NCBI GenBank assembly: GCA_963665115.1
Contig: OY762007.1
Location: 7,104,001 to 7,168,000, forward strand
Direction of reading: 5' to 3'
Length of the DNA: 64,000 nucleotides
DNA from: an uncultured Rivularia sp.
GTDB lineage: Bacteria; Cyanobacteriota; Cyanobacteriia; Cyanobacteriales; Nostocaceae
A program made the translations under genes and the position numbers. This document shows, in pieces, positions 43,288 to 54,129 of the stretch. Every line of letters starts with the position of its first letter. Within the stretch, counting starts at the first letter, position 1. The notes below the pieces were generated by a model. The model had not been told where the DNA came from, ran no database searches, and worked only from the letters and a program-made list of their open reading frames with translations.

Positions 43288-44373
43288 ATGATTAGCAGAA
43301 GAGAATTTTTGACAGGGTTAGCTGCACTTTCTGGATTAATAACTGCAAGTTGCGGTTGGAGGTTGGGTAACGTAAGAGCCACTTCTCCTATAGCTGGTGC
43401 GCTTGATGAATTGCATCTTTACACTTGGACTCAATACACTGATAATCAATTATTAAAAACTTTCAGCGCTCAAACTGGGATCAAAGTACTTGCAGATGTA
43501 TACGATGCCAATGAGGTAATGCTAGCTAAATTACAAGCTAGTGGTGGTGGTACTTATAGCTTAATTTACCCATCTGACTACGTTGTACAGAAGATGGTAG
43601 ATAAAGGATTATTAAAACAAATCGATCGTCAGCGTTTAATCGGGTTAGATAATTTGTTTCCCCGATTTCAAAATCCCGAATACGACCAAAATAATAGTTA
43701 TAGCGTCCCCATGAGTTGGGGTACTACCGGATTTATTTACAATTCCGAAAAATTAGAAACAGAACCGGAAGATTGGGATTATCTTTGGCAAAATCAAGAA
43801 AAACTTTCCAAACGAATCACCTTACTTAATGATGCACGGGAAGTAATTGGCGGGGTTTTAAAGATGCTGGGTTATTCTTACAATTCACAGAATGAAAAGC
43901 ACATCGAATCAGCTTATGAAAAACTGCAAATTTTAAAACCTGATATTGCCGCTTTTAGTACCGATGCATGGCGAAATCAAATCATGTCGGGGGATTTAGT
44001 TTTAGCAATGTGTTATTCTTCAGATGCTTTTCAGATAACTAGAGAAAACCCCAAACTTAAATACGTAACACCAAAAAGTGGTTCATCTTTATGGACAGAT
44101 ACGATTGCAATTCCGACAACAACCAGTAATATAGACGCTGGCTATGAGTGGATTAACTTTATGTTAAAGCCAGAGGTAGCAGCCCGGATGAGTCAACGTT
44201 TAGGTGTTGCAACTCCAAATCGCGCCGGTTTTGAATTATTGCCTAAAAAAATCCAAAACAATCCAACTTTATTTCCATCAGAAGATATTTTAGAAAAATG
44301 CGAACGTCTTAGCCCCATTGGAGAATTTGAAGAAGTTTTCCAGCGCTATTGGACTAAATTGACGAGCGGTTAA
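43288..44373 (+). CDS. potD: Polyamine ABC transporter substrate-binding protein
   Basis: Tat-like SRREFL leader, YTW..Y, PSDY, WGTTG, W.D. Confidence 0.88.
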   Translation: MISRREFLTGLAALSGLITASCGWRLGNVRATSPIAGALDELHLYTWTQYTDNQLLKTFSAQTGIKVLADVYDANEVMLAKLQASGGGTYSLIYPSDYVVQKMVDKGLLKQIDRQRLIGLDNLFPRFQNPEYDQNNSYSVPMSWGTTGFIYNSEKLETEPEDWDYLWQNQEKLSKRITLLNDAREVIGGVLKMLGYSYNSQNEKHIESAYEKLQILKPDIAAFSTDAWRNQIMSGDLVLAMCYSSDAFQITRENPKLKYVTPKSGSSLWTDTIAIPTTTSNIDAGYEWINFMLKPEVAARMSQRLGVATPNRAGFELLPKKIQNNPTLFPSEDILEKCERLSPIGEFEEVFQRYWTKLTSG

Positions 44374-44418
44374 TTGAAGTTGGGAGTTGGGAGTTATGTG
44401 AAAAGTGTAATATTTCTA

Positions 44419-44530
44419 TTACTCCCTTCCCGGCTTTACGATTACTTACAAAAAAAGCCTTACTAGACGCAGAGAGAGCAGAGGAAAGAGATAGAGATAA
44501 ACAGGTAATTTTAGAGCGGGAAGGGAGTAA
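44419..44530. mobile_element. 112-bp MITE-like element inside the pot operon
   Basis: Terminal inverted repeats TTACTCCCTTCCCG / CGGGAAGGGAGTAA. Confidence 0.75.
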
Positions 44531-44671
44531 CAAAAATAGTACAATATGTCCGTAAAAAAAGACTAAAATATTAACTCATCATTATTTCAAGCTTAAATTT
44601 TTATTTTCAAATTCAATAACTCCTAATTCCCAATTCTTAATTCCTAACTTATAACTCCTAACTTTTACTCC

Positions 44672-45577
44672 ATGACTACCGAAATCCAAAATACCCAACC
44701 AAACAATTACCAGAATATTAAATCGAGAAGATCGGCACAAAACTGGTTTCAAGCTTTAGTATTGCTAGTACCTGCTGCTATCTGGCTGTTGTTATTATTA
44801 GTATTACCAACGCTGATAATTATTCAATTAAGCTTTGTACCAGGAATTAGACCTGGAGATATTGTCAATCCAAGTGGCTTTGAAAATTATTTACGCATAT
44901 TAGATCCTCTTTATTTACAAGTAATTAAACGCTCTTTACTTTTAGCTTTAGCTACTACAGGTATTTGTTTACTAGTAGGTTTTCCGGTTGCCTTTTGGAT
45001 TGCGCGGATGGCACCGAAACGCTTCAGAAATCTGCTAATATTAGCTTTTATTTTACCTTTATGGACTTCCTCGCTACTTCGTTCTTATGCTTGGATTACA
45101 ATTTTACGTCCCACAGGTTTACTTAATACCCTATTAACTGATTTCAATTTACCAACTTTAAATTTACTCAATACTACTCAAGCTGTATTAATTGGTATGA
45201 GCTACAATTTGCTGCCTTACATGGTGTTAATTTTATATGCTTCCTTAGAAAAACTAGATCGACGGTTGCTCGAAGCAGCATCCGATTTAGGAGCAAATTC
45301 CATACAGGTGTTCGCGAAAGTAACTGTACCTCAAGTTTTTCCCGGTATTGCTGCTGCTTCGATGCTGGTATTTATCACGGGTTTAGGAGATTACATTAAC
45401 CCCGAATTACTCGGTGGTGCAGCTAGCATGACTGCTGCACGGTTAATTTACAATCAGTTTCTTGGTACCGCTCAAAACTGGGGTTTTGGTTCCGCTTTGA
45501 GTACCGTGTTGATTTTGCTGGTAAGTTTGGCGATCGCCTTTTTAATCAAGTTTGGTGAGGGCACACCCGAAAGGTAA
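44672..45577 (+). CDS. potB: Polyamine ABC transporter permease
   Basis: LPLWTS.L.R.YAW, LPYMVL.LY, EAA.DLGA. Confidence 0.88.
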   Translation: MTTEIQNTQPNNYQNIKSRRSAQNWFQALVLLVPAAIWLLLLLVLPTLIIIQLSFVPGIRPGDIVNPSGFENYLRILDPLYLQVIKRSLLLALATTGICLLVGFPVAFWIARMAPKRFRNLLILAFILPLWTSSLLRSYAWITILRPTGLLNTLLTDFNLPTLNLLNTTQAVLIGMSYNLLPYMVLILYASLEKLDRRLLEAASDLGANSIQVFAKVTVPQVFPGIAAASMLVFITGLGDYINPELLGGAASMTAARLIYNQFLGTAQNWGFGSALSTVLILLVSLAIAFLIKFGEGTPER

Positions 45578-46066
45578 GTTTTTTAGCTAAATTGGCTAAA
45601 TCTAAAGAAGAATAAGGAGTAGGCAACTTAAAGTTGTTTGCGTTTTTAATCAATAAGTATTCGGCTCGTTTCCAACATGAGCTGCTTTTTCTTGTGAGAT
45701 GATTTGTTTTCTAAAAGATTAAATGTCAATCAGGTGAATGTATGAACAAAAAAAATTAGATTTTACCCAATAAGATTTTAGATTAAATTATGAATGGTTT
45801 CAAGCAATGTAACTCAAGGTATCTTTTCTAATATTGTTTTAAATGAATTAATAAATTAATTGATATATGAAGACTTGCTCTTCACTTTAGAAGATTTAAC
45901 TCAGGTATTTGGTAAACTTGATAACCCGAATTTATGGTTTCTGGAACTTTACTTCTAAAGAACAAAGAGAAGACTTGCTGCGCTACCTCGAATCATTATT
46001 TTACTTAATGTATAAACGCTTAGCGCAACAACTACTACAACAGCATCAATATCGCTAAATATATAT

Positions 46067-46817
46067 TTAAATACTCACGCTAGACTCGGCGAAATTACTT
46101 CTAAAGCTTCTTTGCCAGGGATAAACTGGGCGATTGCCAAACATGGGGATTTCCATCGAGTCCCTTTTTGAATATAAGGCAGCATATCTTGTCAGCTCTC
46201 GCCAAGTCCCGAGATCCAACTATCCCATCTGCGCTCAACCGTCGATTCGCTTGAAAGGCTTTTACCGCTGTCTCTGTAAGTACATCAAACCTTCCAGTTA
46301 TTCCCACGCCGTAACGATTATAAGTCAACAGCGTTTGCAATACTCGGACAGCATTCCCGCTATTACCATAACGTAAAACAGGGAGTGGCTGACCTCGATA
46401 ATATTGCGCCAGTAAACGTTCTTCCGCGTCATATAGGGGCGTTTGTGGCGTATCCCATTCTTTCCTAAGATTAAATAGGAGGCTTTTATTCAAGAAAGGC
46501 TCGGCATTCATAGAATAGTCTTTTGAGACAGCAGAAAAAGTAACTTTTCTCCGATGCTTCTCTATTGAATTATCGAAACCCCGTGCGGAAATTTTGCCTG
46601 TATTTAAAAGTATTTTTTGATACTTTATTTGATACTTTGAATTTAAAGCGGATAAATTGGATCGAGATCCATTACGAAAAACAAAAGTGGACAAGTGCTG
46701 ACTAGATAAGCCTTGCTGAACTTTTTCCGGTTGAACGTTAACTAAAGTCGAAAATGTAGGCAGAAACGGTTGCCCCTGCGTTATAAAGCTTGCCACTAGC
46801 AAACCCAGTACGGTCAT
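46067..46817 (-). CDS. Peptidoglycan-binding domain protein (apparent frameshift ~46208)
   Basis: LP.L.YG.SG.AV..LQ.LL...G.F...TE.AVKAFQ....L..DGIVG; removing one base restores ...RTWRELT... ending 46067. Confidence 0.8.
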
Positions 46818-46962
46818 CTATTTGACCTCCTAATACCTACACTACTTATGACAGCACCATAAGTGTACATCCGGAAAAACTCTTAGGTCAAATGTATTAT
46901 AAAACACTCATAATAGGACTTTTTTTAAGGTATGATTCAAAGTATTCTTTTCTACATTGTTA

Positions 46963-47670
46963 TTACCTTGTTAATTGTTGCCAAGTCTGTTGTCCAACTA
47001 CACCATCTATAACCAAATTCCGGTTACTTTGGAAAGCTTTTACGGCAGTTTCTGTAAGTGCGCCAAAATTTCCATCAACTCTTATCGGATAACCATTGGC
47101 TAATAACAGTCGCTGTAGAATTCTGACGGATAGCCCGGAAGTACCAAAGCTCAAATTTGGCAGTCTTTGTCTGTAGCTGGTAAAAAACATTCCTGAGTTA
47201 GTTTGTCTGGGATTCGGAGTTCCCGCAGAAGTCTGTTGCAATTGAGGAGTAACATAAGGAGTATTTTCAATCGCGTCTGTCAAACTAGGTGGGGAAGTTG
47301 AAGGCAATATAATCTCCGTCGTTGTTGAGATTGAATTGTCTGGCGAGGTTTTTAAAATAATTGGCTTTTTTGTTGCAGAAATAAGCTTGCTCCCCAACCG
47401 ACAACAATCAAGGGAGTCAATTCGATTTCTAATTTTTCTAAGTACATCCTCATTCTTTTTAGAAAAAACTGTTGAGGCTATCTGAATTCCATTTAGCCCA
47501 ATAAATTCAGGTGGTGTTATGCGAGCAAGAGTAGGATTACCAGTTGATTGAATAAGATTTGATTCTTTAACACTTAAATTAACCTCAACTGCTGTTTCAT
47601 TAAATAAATAGGGCACAGATGGATGTCCTGTTGTGAGAGCGCTCGTTATCAGCAATCCAATATCATTCAT
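46963..47670 (-). CDS. Peptidoglycan-binding domain protein, tandem paralogue
   Basis: LP.L.FG.SG..V..LQ.LL...DG.FG..TE.AVKAFQ...L..DGVVG..TW. Confidence 0.85.
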   Translation of the reverse strand: MNDIGLLITSALTTGHPSVPYLFNETAVEVNLSVKESNLIQSTGNPTLARITPPEFIGLNGIQIASTVFSKKNEDVLRKIRNRIDSLDCCRLGSKLISATKKPIILKTSPDNSISTTTEIILPSTSPPSLTDAIENTPYVTPQLQQTSAGTPNPRQTNSGMFFTSYRQRLPNLSFGTSGLSVRILQRLLLANGYPIRVDGNFGALTETAVKAFQSNRNLVIDGVVGQQTWQQLTR

Positions 47671-47972
47671 GGTATTTCATTTTACTAATACCCATATTTT
47701 CTTTACACAGAGTTTCCTACTGTTCTTCCGGAAAACTGCGTACTTATACCTAAAAAAAAATTATTCTTGGCAAAAATAAGAATAGTTCTGTATTGTCCTT
47801 ATAGAAGTATGTAGATGCGAACGCGGATATAAATCAAACATTTTCCTTTATACTAAGAATGCTTTCATCCCTTAAATTCAAATACAAATAGTAACGCCCT
47901 TGAGATATTCCTTCTTCATGAATACTATGGGCGTTTTTTACTAAATATCTGAACTTTATTGGTATTTGTGCA

Positions 47973-48015
47973 ATTGTAATCTGCAACTAAATTATAGAAC
48001 TGTAATTACTGTTAC
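47973..48015 (-). promoter_or_regulatory. Candidate NtcA-activated promoter
   Basis: GTA-N8-TAC (48002-48015), 23 nt, then TACAAT on the minus strand (47978-47973). Confidence 0.4.
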
Positions 48016-48533
48016 CCACTACAAAATCTGTCACAATATATCTTGAATTTACAAAAAAAAGTGCTTTTTAATATCTTTTATACTTGCATTCAATTTTTGG
48101 TCGGAAAATAATCCATAATATGCTCCGAAAGTATTAGGCAAAAAAACTTACTGCTAAGTATATAGATGTAATTAATATGAATTAGTGCCTGAAATTAATA
48201 TATACATCAGAGCAAACAGCATAATTTAACTATAATCAAGGGTAATTAAACTTACCTAGATTGTTATTAAGTGCTTCATTTAACAGCAAATCACAATTAG
48301 ATAACTGTAAATACTACTTAATGGTGGTTATTAATCAACCTTCTTGTTTCAAATTATGCTTTTAAAAGCTTAAGTTTTTAAAATCACTTTGAGCAACCGT
48401 GTTATTCGCACCAAAAATGGCATAAAATGGGTTGCAAAGTCATAAAACCTTGACATTATCTAAGTTCCAAAATGCATTGGGTGAGAGGTTGGGGCGCTTC
48501 CTTCAAGCTTATTGCTTGCTCCCTACTCCTTTG

Positions 48534-49447
48534 TTAAGTCAATAAAGCTTTAGATGTGAAGGGTGATTCACGACGCAATATTTTGATTAGATAAATAATT
48601 TGATGGAATTGCTGCATTTTTCCACAATCGCGAAAGTATTCGGCAGCTTGAAGAAAATCAACACGTGCTTCAGAGTGCCTACCACTTTTATAGAAAGCAA
48701 AACCTCTGCCGACATAGGCTGCACCTTGTTTGCGATTGAGTCGAATCGATTCGGTAAAATCATTAATCGCTTCACGATATTTTTTTAGCTGACGAAAAGC
48801 ATAACCCCGATTGGAATAAGAATTTGCATCTTCCACACCTAAAGAAATTGCGCTCGTAAAATCTTCAATAGCCAATTCAAAGTCTTCTAGCTGTAAATAC
48901 GCTACCCCTCTATCGTTATGTATGGCTACCTGTAACTGAGTATTATCTTCAGCTATTAGTTTTCTAATGCTTTGTTATAGTCACTGAGTGCTTTTTGATA
49001 ACTTCTTTCATCGAAATATGCCAAACCCCTATCATAGTAAGCTCGGAAGTCATTTGGATAACTTGCAAGAAAATAATTAAAATCGGCAATCGCTGCTGCG
49101 GGTAGTTGTAATTGATAATACGCTAAACCTCGATTTAAATAAGCTTCAAAAAAATCTGGGTTTTGCTCCAAAGCCGTATTACAGTCTGCTATCGCGTGCT
49201 GGTAATCTGATGAATGCAAGAAAGCCAAACAGCGATTGTAATAGGCTTTAGTATAATTGGGATTAATTTCAATTGCTTGAGTAAAATTTTCAATCGCTGC
49301 GGTGTATTCATTACTTTCGAGTCGATCGATCGCCAATTCAAACAAGTCTTGCGAGCTATCCTGGTTTGATGCCAAAGCCCCAACTGGAGAAAATAGCATT
49401 AGTATGATAACCATCACCAAACTGAGAAATATTTGGTAAAACCGCAT
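48534..49447 (-). CDS. Tetratricopeptide repeat protein (apparent frameshift ~48960)
   Basis: Signal peptide and repeated AY.NRG.A....AI.D...A units across both ORFs; indel in a T run. Confidence 0.85.
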
Positions 49448-49497
49448 GAGTATTAGTAAAAAATAATGGGTTAGCAGAGAACTGTTAATACATAATA

Positions 49498-49562
49498 ATT
49501 AGTGGCTAATAGTTATTTTTTTCGTAGTTATATATACGAAAAAACAACTATTAACCACTAAT
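49498..49562 (-). terminator. Long stem-loop just downstream of cytochrome c6 gene (3' stabiliser/terminator)
   Basis: ~28-bp arms ATTAGTGGCTAATAGTTA...CGTA / TACG...CAACTATTAACCACTAAT; both mismatches become G-U on the minus strand. Confidence 0.6.
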
Positions 49563-49600
49563 TTTTCTAATAGTTACTCTTAGAATTTCAAGTCAAACTT

Positions 49601-50089
49601 TTACCAACCTTTATCAGCTTGAGCCAAAACATATTCAGCAAGTTCTTCAATTTTTCCGGAAGATAAACGTTTTCCAAAAGCAGGCATTGCATTTTTACCA
49701 TTAGTTACTTGATAAACAATGGCTTCTTTAGAATACATATCGTATTTTTCAAGAGCATCTTTTTTCAAAGTTTTCTGTGCATTAACTAAATTTCCTCCAC
49801 CTGCATGACAAGCCGCACAATTTTGTTTGAACAGCTTAGCACCTCCTTCATGAGAAGCAGCCATAGCTACAGGCTTTAGCACCGATTCTTCTTTAGATAC
49901 CTCAACAGATTTAGCAACAGTTGCAGCCGGCAGGGCAACAGTCTTGGTTTTCTCAACAACCTTTGTTACTTCCACAGGAGCAACTTGTTCAACACCTTGA
50001 GCAACAGTAGCTTGAGTTTCCTCACCACAAGCGTAAGTAAAAAGCAATAAAGGTATCACCAAAAACACAATAGATAATATTTTTTTCAT
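49601..50089 (-). CDS. petJ: Cytochrome c6-like protein with N-terminal lipoprotein-like extension
   Basis: [43 protein letters not shown]; start MKKILS at 50089. Confidence 0.88.
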   Translation of the reverse strand: MKKILSIVFLVIPLLLFTYACGEETQATVAQGVEQVAPVEVTKVVEKTKTVALPAATVAKSVEVSKEESVLKPVAMAASHEGGAKLFKQNCAACHAGGGNLVNAQKTLKKDALEKYDMYSKEAIVYQVTNGKNAMPAFGKRLSSGKIEELAEYVLAQADKGW

Positions 50090-50342
50090 AGTTCTTTTTT
50101 CTTTAATTAACCTCAATATTGCAATTTGCACGCTCAAGCTTATCGTTAAATATGCGGTTATTAAATGACAGGAATATACAAATATGAAAAAAGGCAACGG
50201 GGAAAAGATAGTAGTTAGTGGTTAGTAGTCAGTAGTTGTAAATTTAAGATTTTAGCAACGGATGTAACAACGGATGCGTTTGGTTTCTTTTGGATTGAAG
50301 AGTTAAGAGTTAATTTCTCCCCATCTCCCCAAACTTTCCTGG

Positions 50343-50371
50343 TTGACAAACATACTCATAACGACTACGCT
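50343..50371 (+). promoter_or_regulatory. Sigma70-type promoter of peroxiredoxin gene
   Basis: TTGACA-N17-TACGCT about 35 nt upstream of the start. Confidence 0.6.
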
Positions 50372-50403
50372 TAATAGTTGTAATTATCATCATAGTTTTA
50401 TTT

Positions 50404-51138
50404 ATGCTGCCTAACAAAGAAGGTCAAAAAGTTCCTAACGTTACTTTCCGGGTTCGCGAGAACAATGATTGGAAGGATGTCACCACAGATGATTTATTCA
50501 AAGGTAAAACTGTGGTTGTCTTTTCTTTACCCGGAGCGTTTACTCCAACTTGTTCTTCAACGCACTTACCAGGATACAACGAACTGGCTCCAGCTTTTAA
50601 AGAAAATGGCGTGGATGACATCATTTGTATGTCGGTAAACGATACCTTTGTAATGAACGAATGGTCGAAAGATCAAGAAGCAGAAAATGTGACATTAATT
50701 CCCGATGGTAACGGTGAATTCTCTGAAGGCATGGGAATGTTAGTTGATAAAACAGATTTAGGTTTTGGTAAGCGTTCTTGGCGTTATTCAATGGTTGTAA
50801 AGGATGGCCTAATAGATAAAATGTTTATCGAGCCAGAAGAACCGGGAGATCCATTTAAGGTATCCGATGCAGAGACAATGCTTAAGTATATTAATCCTCA
50901 AGCAGCAAAACCCCAAAGCCTTTTCATGTTTGCTAAAGAAGGTTGTCCTTTTTGCGCTCGTGCTAAAGAGATACTCAAAGAGCAAGGTTTAAATTACGAA
51001 GAAATTACCTTGAACAAAGATTTCACCACACGTGGTTTGAGAGCAGCTACAGGCGCAACCACAGTTCCTCAATTGTTTATCGATGGTAAATTAATCGGGG
51101 ACTCAGAAGCCATAGCCGCTCACTTTGGCGCTAAATAA
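50404..51138 (+). CDS. Hybrid peroxiredoxin (Prx5/type II)-glutaredoxin
   Basis: [26 protein letters not shown], then CPFC and TVPQ.FIDG glutaredoxin domain. Confidence 0.93.
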   Translation: MLPNKEGQKVPNVTFRVRENNDWKDVTTDDLFKGKTVVVFSLPGAFTPTCSSTHLPGYNELAPAFKENGVDDIICMSVNDTFVMNEWSKDQEAENVTLIPDGNGEFSEGMGMLVDKTDLGFGKRSWRYSMVVKDGLIDKMFIEPEEPGDPFKVSDAETMLKYINPQAAKPQSLFMFAKEGCPFCARAKEILKEQGLNYEEITLNKDFTTRGLRAATGATTVPQLFIDGKLIGDSEAIAAHFGAK

Positions 51139-51168
51139 ACTAAATAAACGTTCGCCCAATTCTCGATA

Positions 51169-51300
51169 CTAGTACTCAACCACATAAGTTATACGGGGTA
51201 GAGGGAGTGCGAGCTTTCCAGCTCGCTGGTTGTAACGAGGGAGCGAGACGCTCCCACTACAAATGTGTTACCCAGCAAAATTAATGTGGCGGAATATTAA
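51169..51300. mobile_element. MITE-like shell with GGGAGCGAGACGCTCCCACTAC cargo
   Basis: Arms CTAGTACTCAACCACATAAGTT / AATTAATGTGGCGGAATATTA; cargo shared with ~53845-53905 and ~58424-58480. Confidence 0.75.
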
Positions 51301-51496
51301 TCGCGCGGATATGGAGATACATAAATCATTTGAAAAAATAAATCAAAACCTTAAACCGATTTTTATCATTTTTATATTTTGTAATTAATCTTAATTTTTT
51401 ATTAATTTAAGTCAGAAATATATATTTGAACACATTTAATTTTTTCATTAGAATGTTAGATAAATGGTAGCAAGTGGAAAATATTAATAAAAATTG

Positions 51497-51832
51497 ATGC
51501 TTGATATTAACACCATCGCAGAGTTTTCTCGCAACAACTGCGTAACTATCTGTGCCTTCTTGGTTCCAGCGAATTTAATTGGCACAATATCGACAATGAT
51601 TCTTGCTGCACTTCATCGTCCGTTGTCTCAAGTTTCGCAATCAGCAACTGTTGCTGGTTTTTTCGCAGTAATAATGATATTGCACGTTTACACCTGGTTT
51701 GCGATCGGTATCGTTGCCATTCCTACTTATATTTTGTTGTGGTTAGCAGTTACCTGTTTATTTACAAATTTGGGCGCGTTTTTATTCCAAAGACGTTATA
51801 TTCGGACTTACTTTTTAATTGGCAATAGATAA
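51497..51832 (+). CDS. Hypothetical membrane protein
   Basis: ~111 aa, three hydrophobic segments. Confidence 0.75.
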   Translation: MLDINTIAEFSRNNCVTICAFLVPANLIGTISTMILAALHRPLSQVSQSATVAGFFAVIMILHVYTWFAIGIVAIPTYILLWLAVTCLFTNLGAFLFQRRYIRTYFLIGNR

Positions 51833-51991
51833 TTGGGAATTGGACATGGGGACATTCTTAAAGTAGCGAGTAATGAGTAACGAGTAACAATTAGTGAATA
51901 GATGGTTGAGGAAGCGACAATAAGAACGAATTGGTACTTTACTTACTACTTACTACTTGTTACTCACTCCTAACTCTCAACTCCTAACTAT

Positions 51992-53353
51992 TCACTGCTC
52001 ACTGTTGACTGCTTCGCGTAATTGATTTACGACTTTATCAAGTCCGACTGAATGGGCTGCTTTGAATAAAATGCGATCGCCATTTTGGAGGTATTGTTTT
52101 AAGGCAGTTACTAGTTCGTAGTGGGTGGAATAGCAATGAATGGGAATGCCTTGGGCGCTTTTGGCTATGGCTTGTGCGTCGGCACAGTCAGTTAATACCA
52201 TCAAACTATCTAAGTTTAGAGAGCTTGCGGTTTTTCCTACGAGTTGATGAAGTTCTTCGGATTTATCTCCGAGTTCTTTCATTGCACCTAATACCGCTAT
52301 GCGTCGCTTTCCTGGTGTTTCGGCTAATAAATTCAACGCTGCAACCATTGCTTCTGGTGCTGCATTATAAGTTTCATCTAAGATTAGCACGTCGTTGAGT
52401 AAGGTAAATTGCTGGGAACGTCCTCCTGGCATATCTACCGCGACACCGTTTTTAAAATAATTCCAATCAATGCCCAATACTTGTGCGACTGCTAAAGCTG
52501 CCATGTAGTTAGCTGCTATATGTCTTCCCGGCATCGGTAAAGGTAAGCGTAAATCGGCAATTTCTAAAGTATAGTTATCGATCAAATTACCGTGGATATC
52601 TCCCCCAGTAAAACCGAAAGTAATAACCTTGCCTTGCCAGACTTTCGCTGCGGTTTCCATCAATAGAGGATTGTCGTAGTTGAGGATAGCTAACCCATCT
52701 GGTGGCATTTCTGCCAATAATTCGCATTTTGCTTGAGCTATGGCAACTTCGGAGTGGAGTAACTCGATGTGCGCGGTTCCCACATTTGTGATTACGGCAA
52801 TTGTCGGACAAGTTATTTGAGTAAGTTCGGCAATTTGTCCAAGCCCCCGCATCGCCATTTCGATAACGGCGTAATCATGTTCGGCAACTAAATCTAAAAG
52901 AGTTTTTGGTACGCCAATTTCATTATTAAAATTCTCATAAGTTTTGTGGACTTTTCCCTGAGTACTTAGAACTCCAGCAATTAACTCTTTGGTTGTGGTT
53001 TTACCCACCGAACCCGTTACCCCAATTACGGGTATTGAAAATTGATTGCGCCACCATTGACCAATTTTTTGATAAGCTTCTAGAGTATTTGTTACTTGCA
53101 ACACGGGAAATTGCGGATTGTCGTATTCAAAATCAACAATTGCCGCGCTAGCGCCTTTTTCGATTGCTGTAGCGACAAACTTATGCCCATCAAACTTTTC
53201 ACCACGAAAAGCTACAAATACTTCTCCAGATTTAATAATTCGACTGTCTGTTTGTATACCAGAAAAAGATTGTGTCAGTGCTGTTTCTGAAAGATTTACG
53301 CTTTTAGCACCAAGCAATTCAACTAGCTGTTTGAGAGTGGCAGAACAGGGCAT
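51992..53353 (-). CDS. murF: UDP-N-acetylmuramoyl-tripeptide--D-Ala-D-Ala ligase
   Basis: TDSR, GE.FDGH, GVTGSVGKTTTKE, NNEIG.P, DETYNA.P, G.M.ELG. Confidence 0.96.
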   Translation of the reverse strand: MPCSATLKQLVELLGAKSVNLSETALTQSFSGIQTDSRIIKSGEVFVAFRGEKFDGHKFVATAIEKGASAAIVDFEYDNPQFPVLQVTNTLEAYQKIGQWWRNQFSIPVIGVTGSVGKTTTKELIAGVLSTQGKVHKTYENFNNEIGVPKTLLDLVAEHDYAVIEMAMRGLGQIAELTQITCPTIAVITNVGTAHIELLHSEVAIAQAKCELLAEMPPDGLAILNYDNPLLMETAAKVWQGKVITFGFTGGDIHGNLIDNYTLEIADLRLPLPMPGRHIAANYMAALAVAQVLGIDWNYFKNGVAVDMPGGRSQQFTLLNDVLILDETYNAAPEAMVAALNLLAETPGKRRIAVLGAMKELGDKSEELHQLVGKTASSLNLDSLMVLTDCADAQAIAKSAQGIPIHCYSTHYELVTALKQYLQNGDRILFKAAHSVGLDKVVNQLREAVNSEQ

Positions 53354-53576
53354 AATACCGAATATTGGGGATAAAGATGCGTTAGTTTATTAAGTTCACT
53401 GAATTGCTGAATTGTCCGCAAGCAACCCTAGCAAACAAAGTCCTCTAATCCTATAGTTCTTTTAGTGAAAACATAAAGTACCGGATTTAACATTTTCACA
53501 TATTGTTGTCACATTGATTGAAGAAATGCACAGAGTTGAGAACTGGGAATGGGTAATTGGGGGCGGTTAATCAAAG

Positions 53577-53963
53577 TAGTAGTCCTTTTCATTTGTTTTG
53601 CGGGGTTAATAATTGTTCGTAGTTGCGCTTCAGCGCCTCCGGATACTGGAATATGAGGCGCTGAAGCGCAACTACGTACCCCTCAGAATTAATGTGGTGG
53701 AGTAGTAGTAGTCCTTTTCATTTGTTTTGACGGGTTGTAGAGACGTTATACATAACGTCTCCCGAAGGTTACGGGAAAAACGAACCTTTCAGAATTTATG
53801 CAATCAACCAGTAGAGTATTCCACCACATAAGTTATGACGGGTATCCAGGAGTGCGAGCCGGAAAGCTCGCTCGTTACCACCAGGGAGCGAGACGCTCCC
53901 ACTACAACTAATTTACCCAGCAAAATGTGCCACCACGAGTCGATAGTCGTGATGGCACATTTT
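53577..53963. mobile_element. Tandem stack of three MITE-like shells plus terminal hairpin
   Basis: Units ~53577-53708, ~53706-53813 and ~53812-53926 joined at TAG(TAG) junctions, each with different hairpin cargo. Confidence 0.75.
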
Positions 53964-54129
53964 AAAAACATAGTTATTCAATTTTGTTTATCAAGTTGTG
54001 GTATTTAGAAGCAACGATTGAGCCAGAAATACAACATTCAAGCTTAATATGGTACTTTTATATTTCTCACATTGCTTCTACCGATGCACTGGTTAAGAAA
54101 AATATTAAATTTTAACTCTGCCGTATCTG

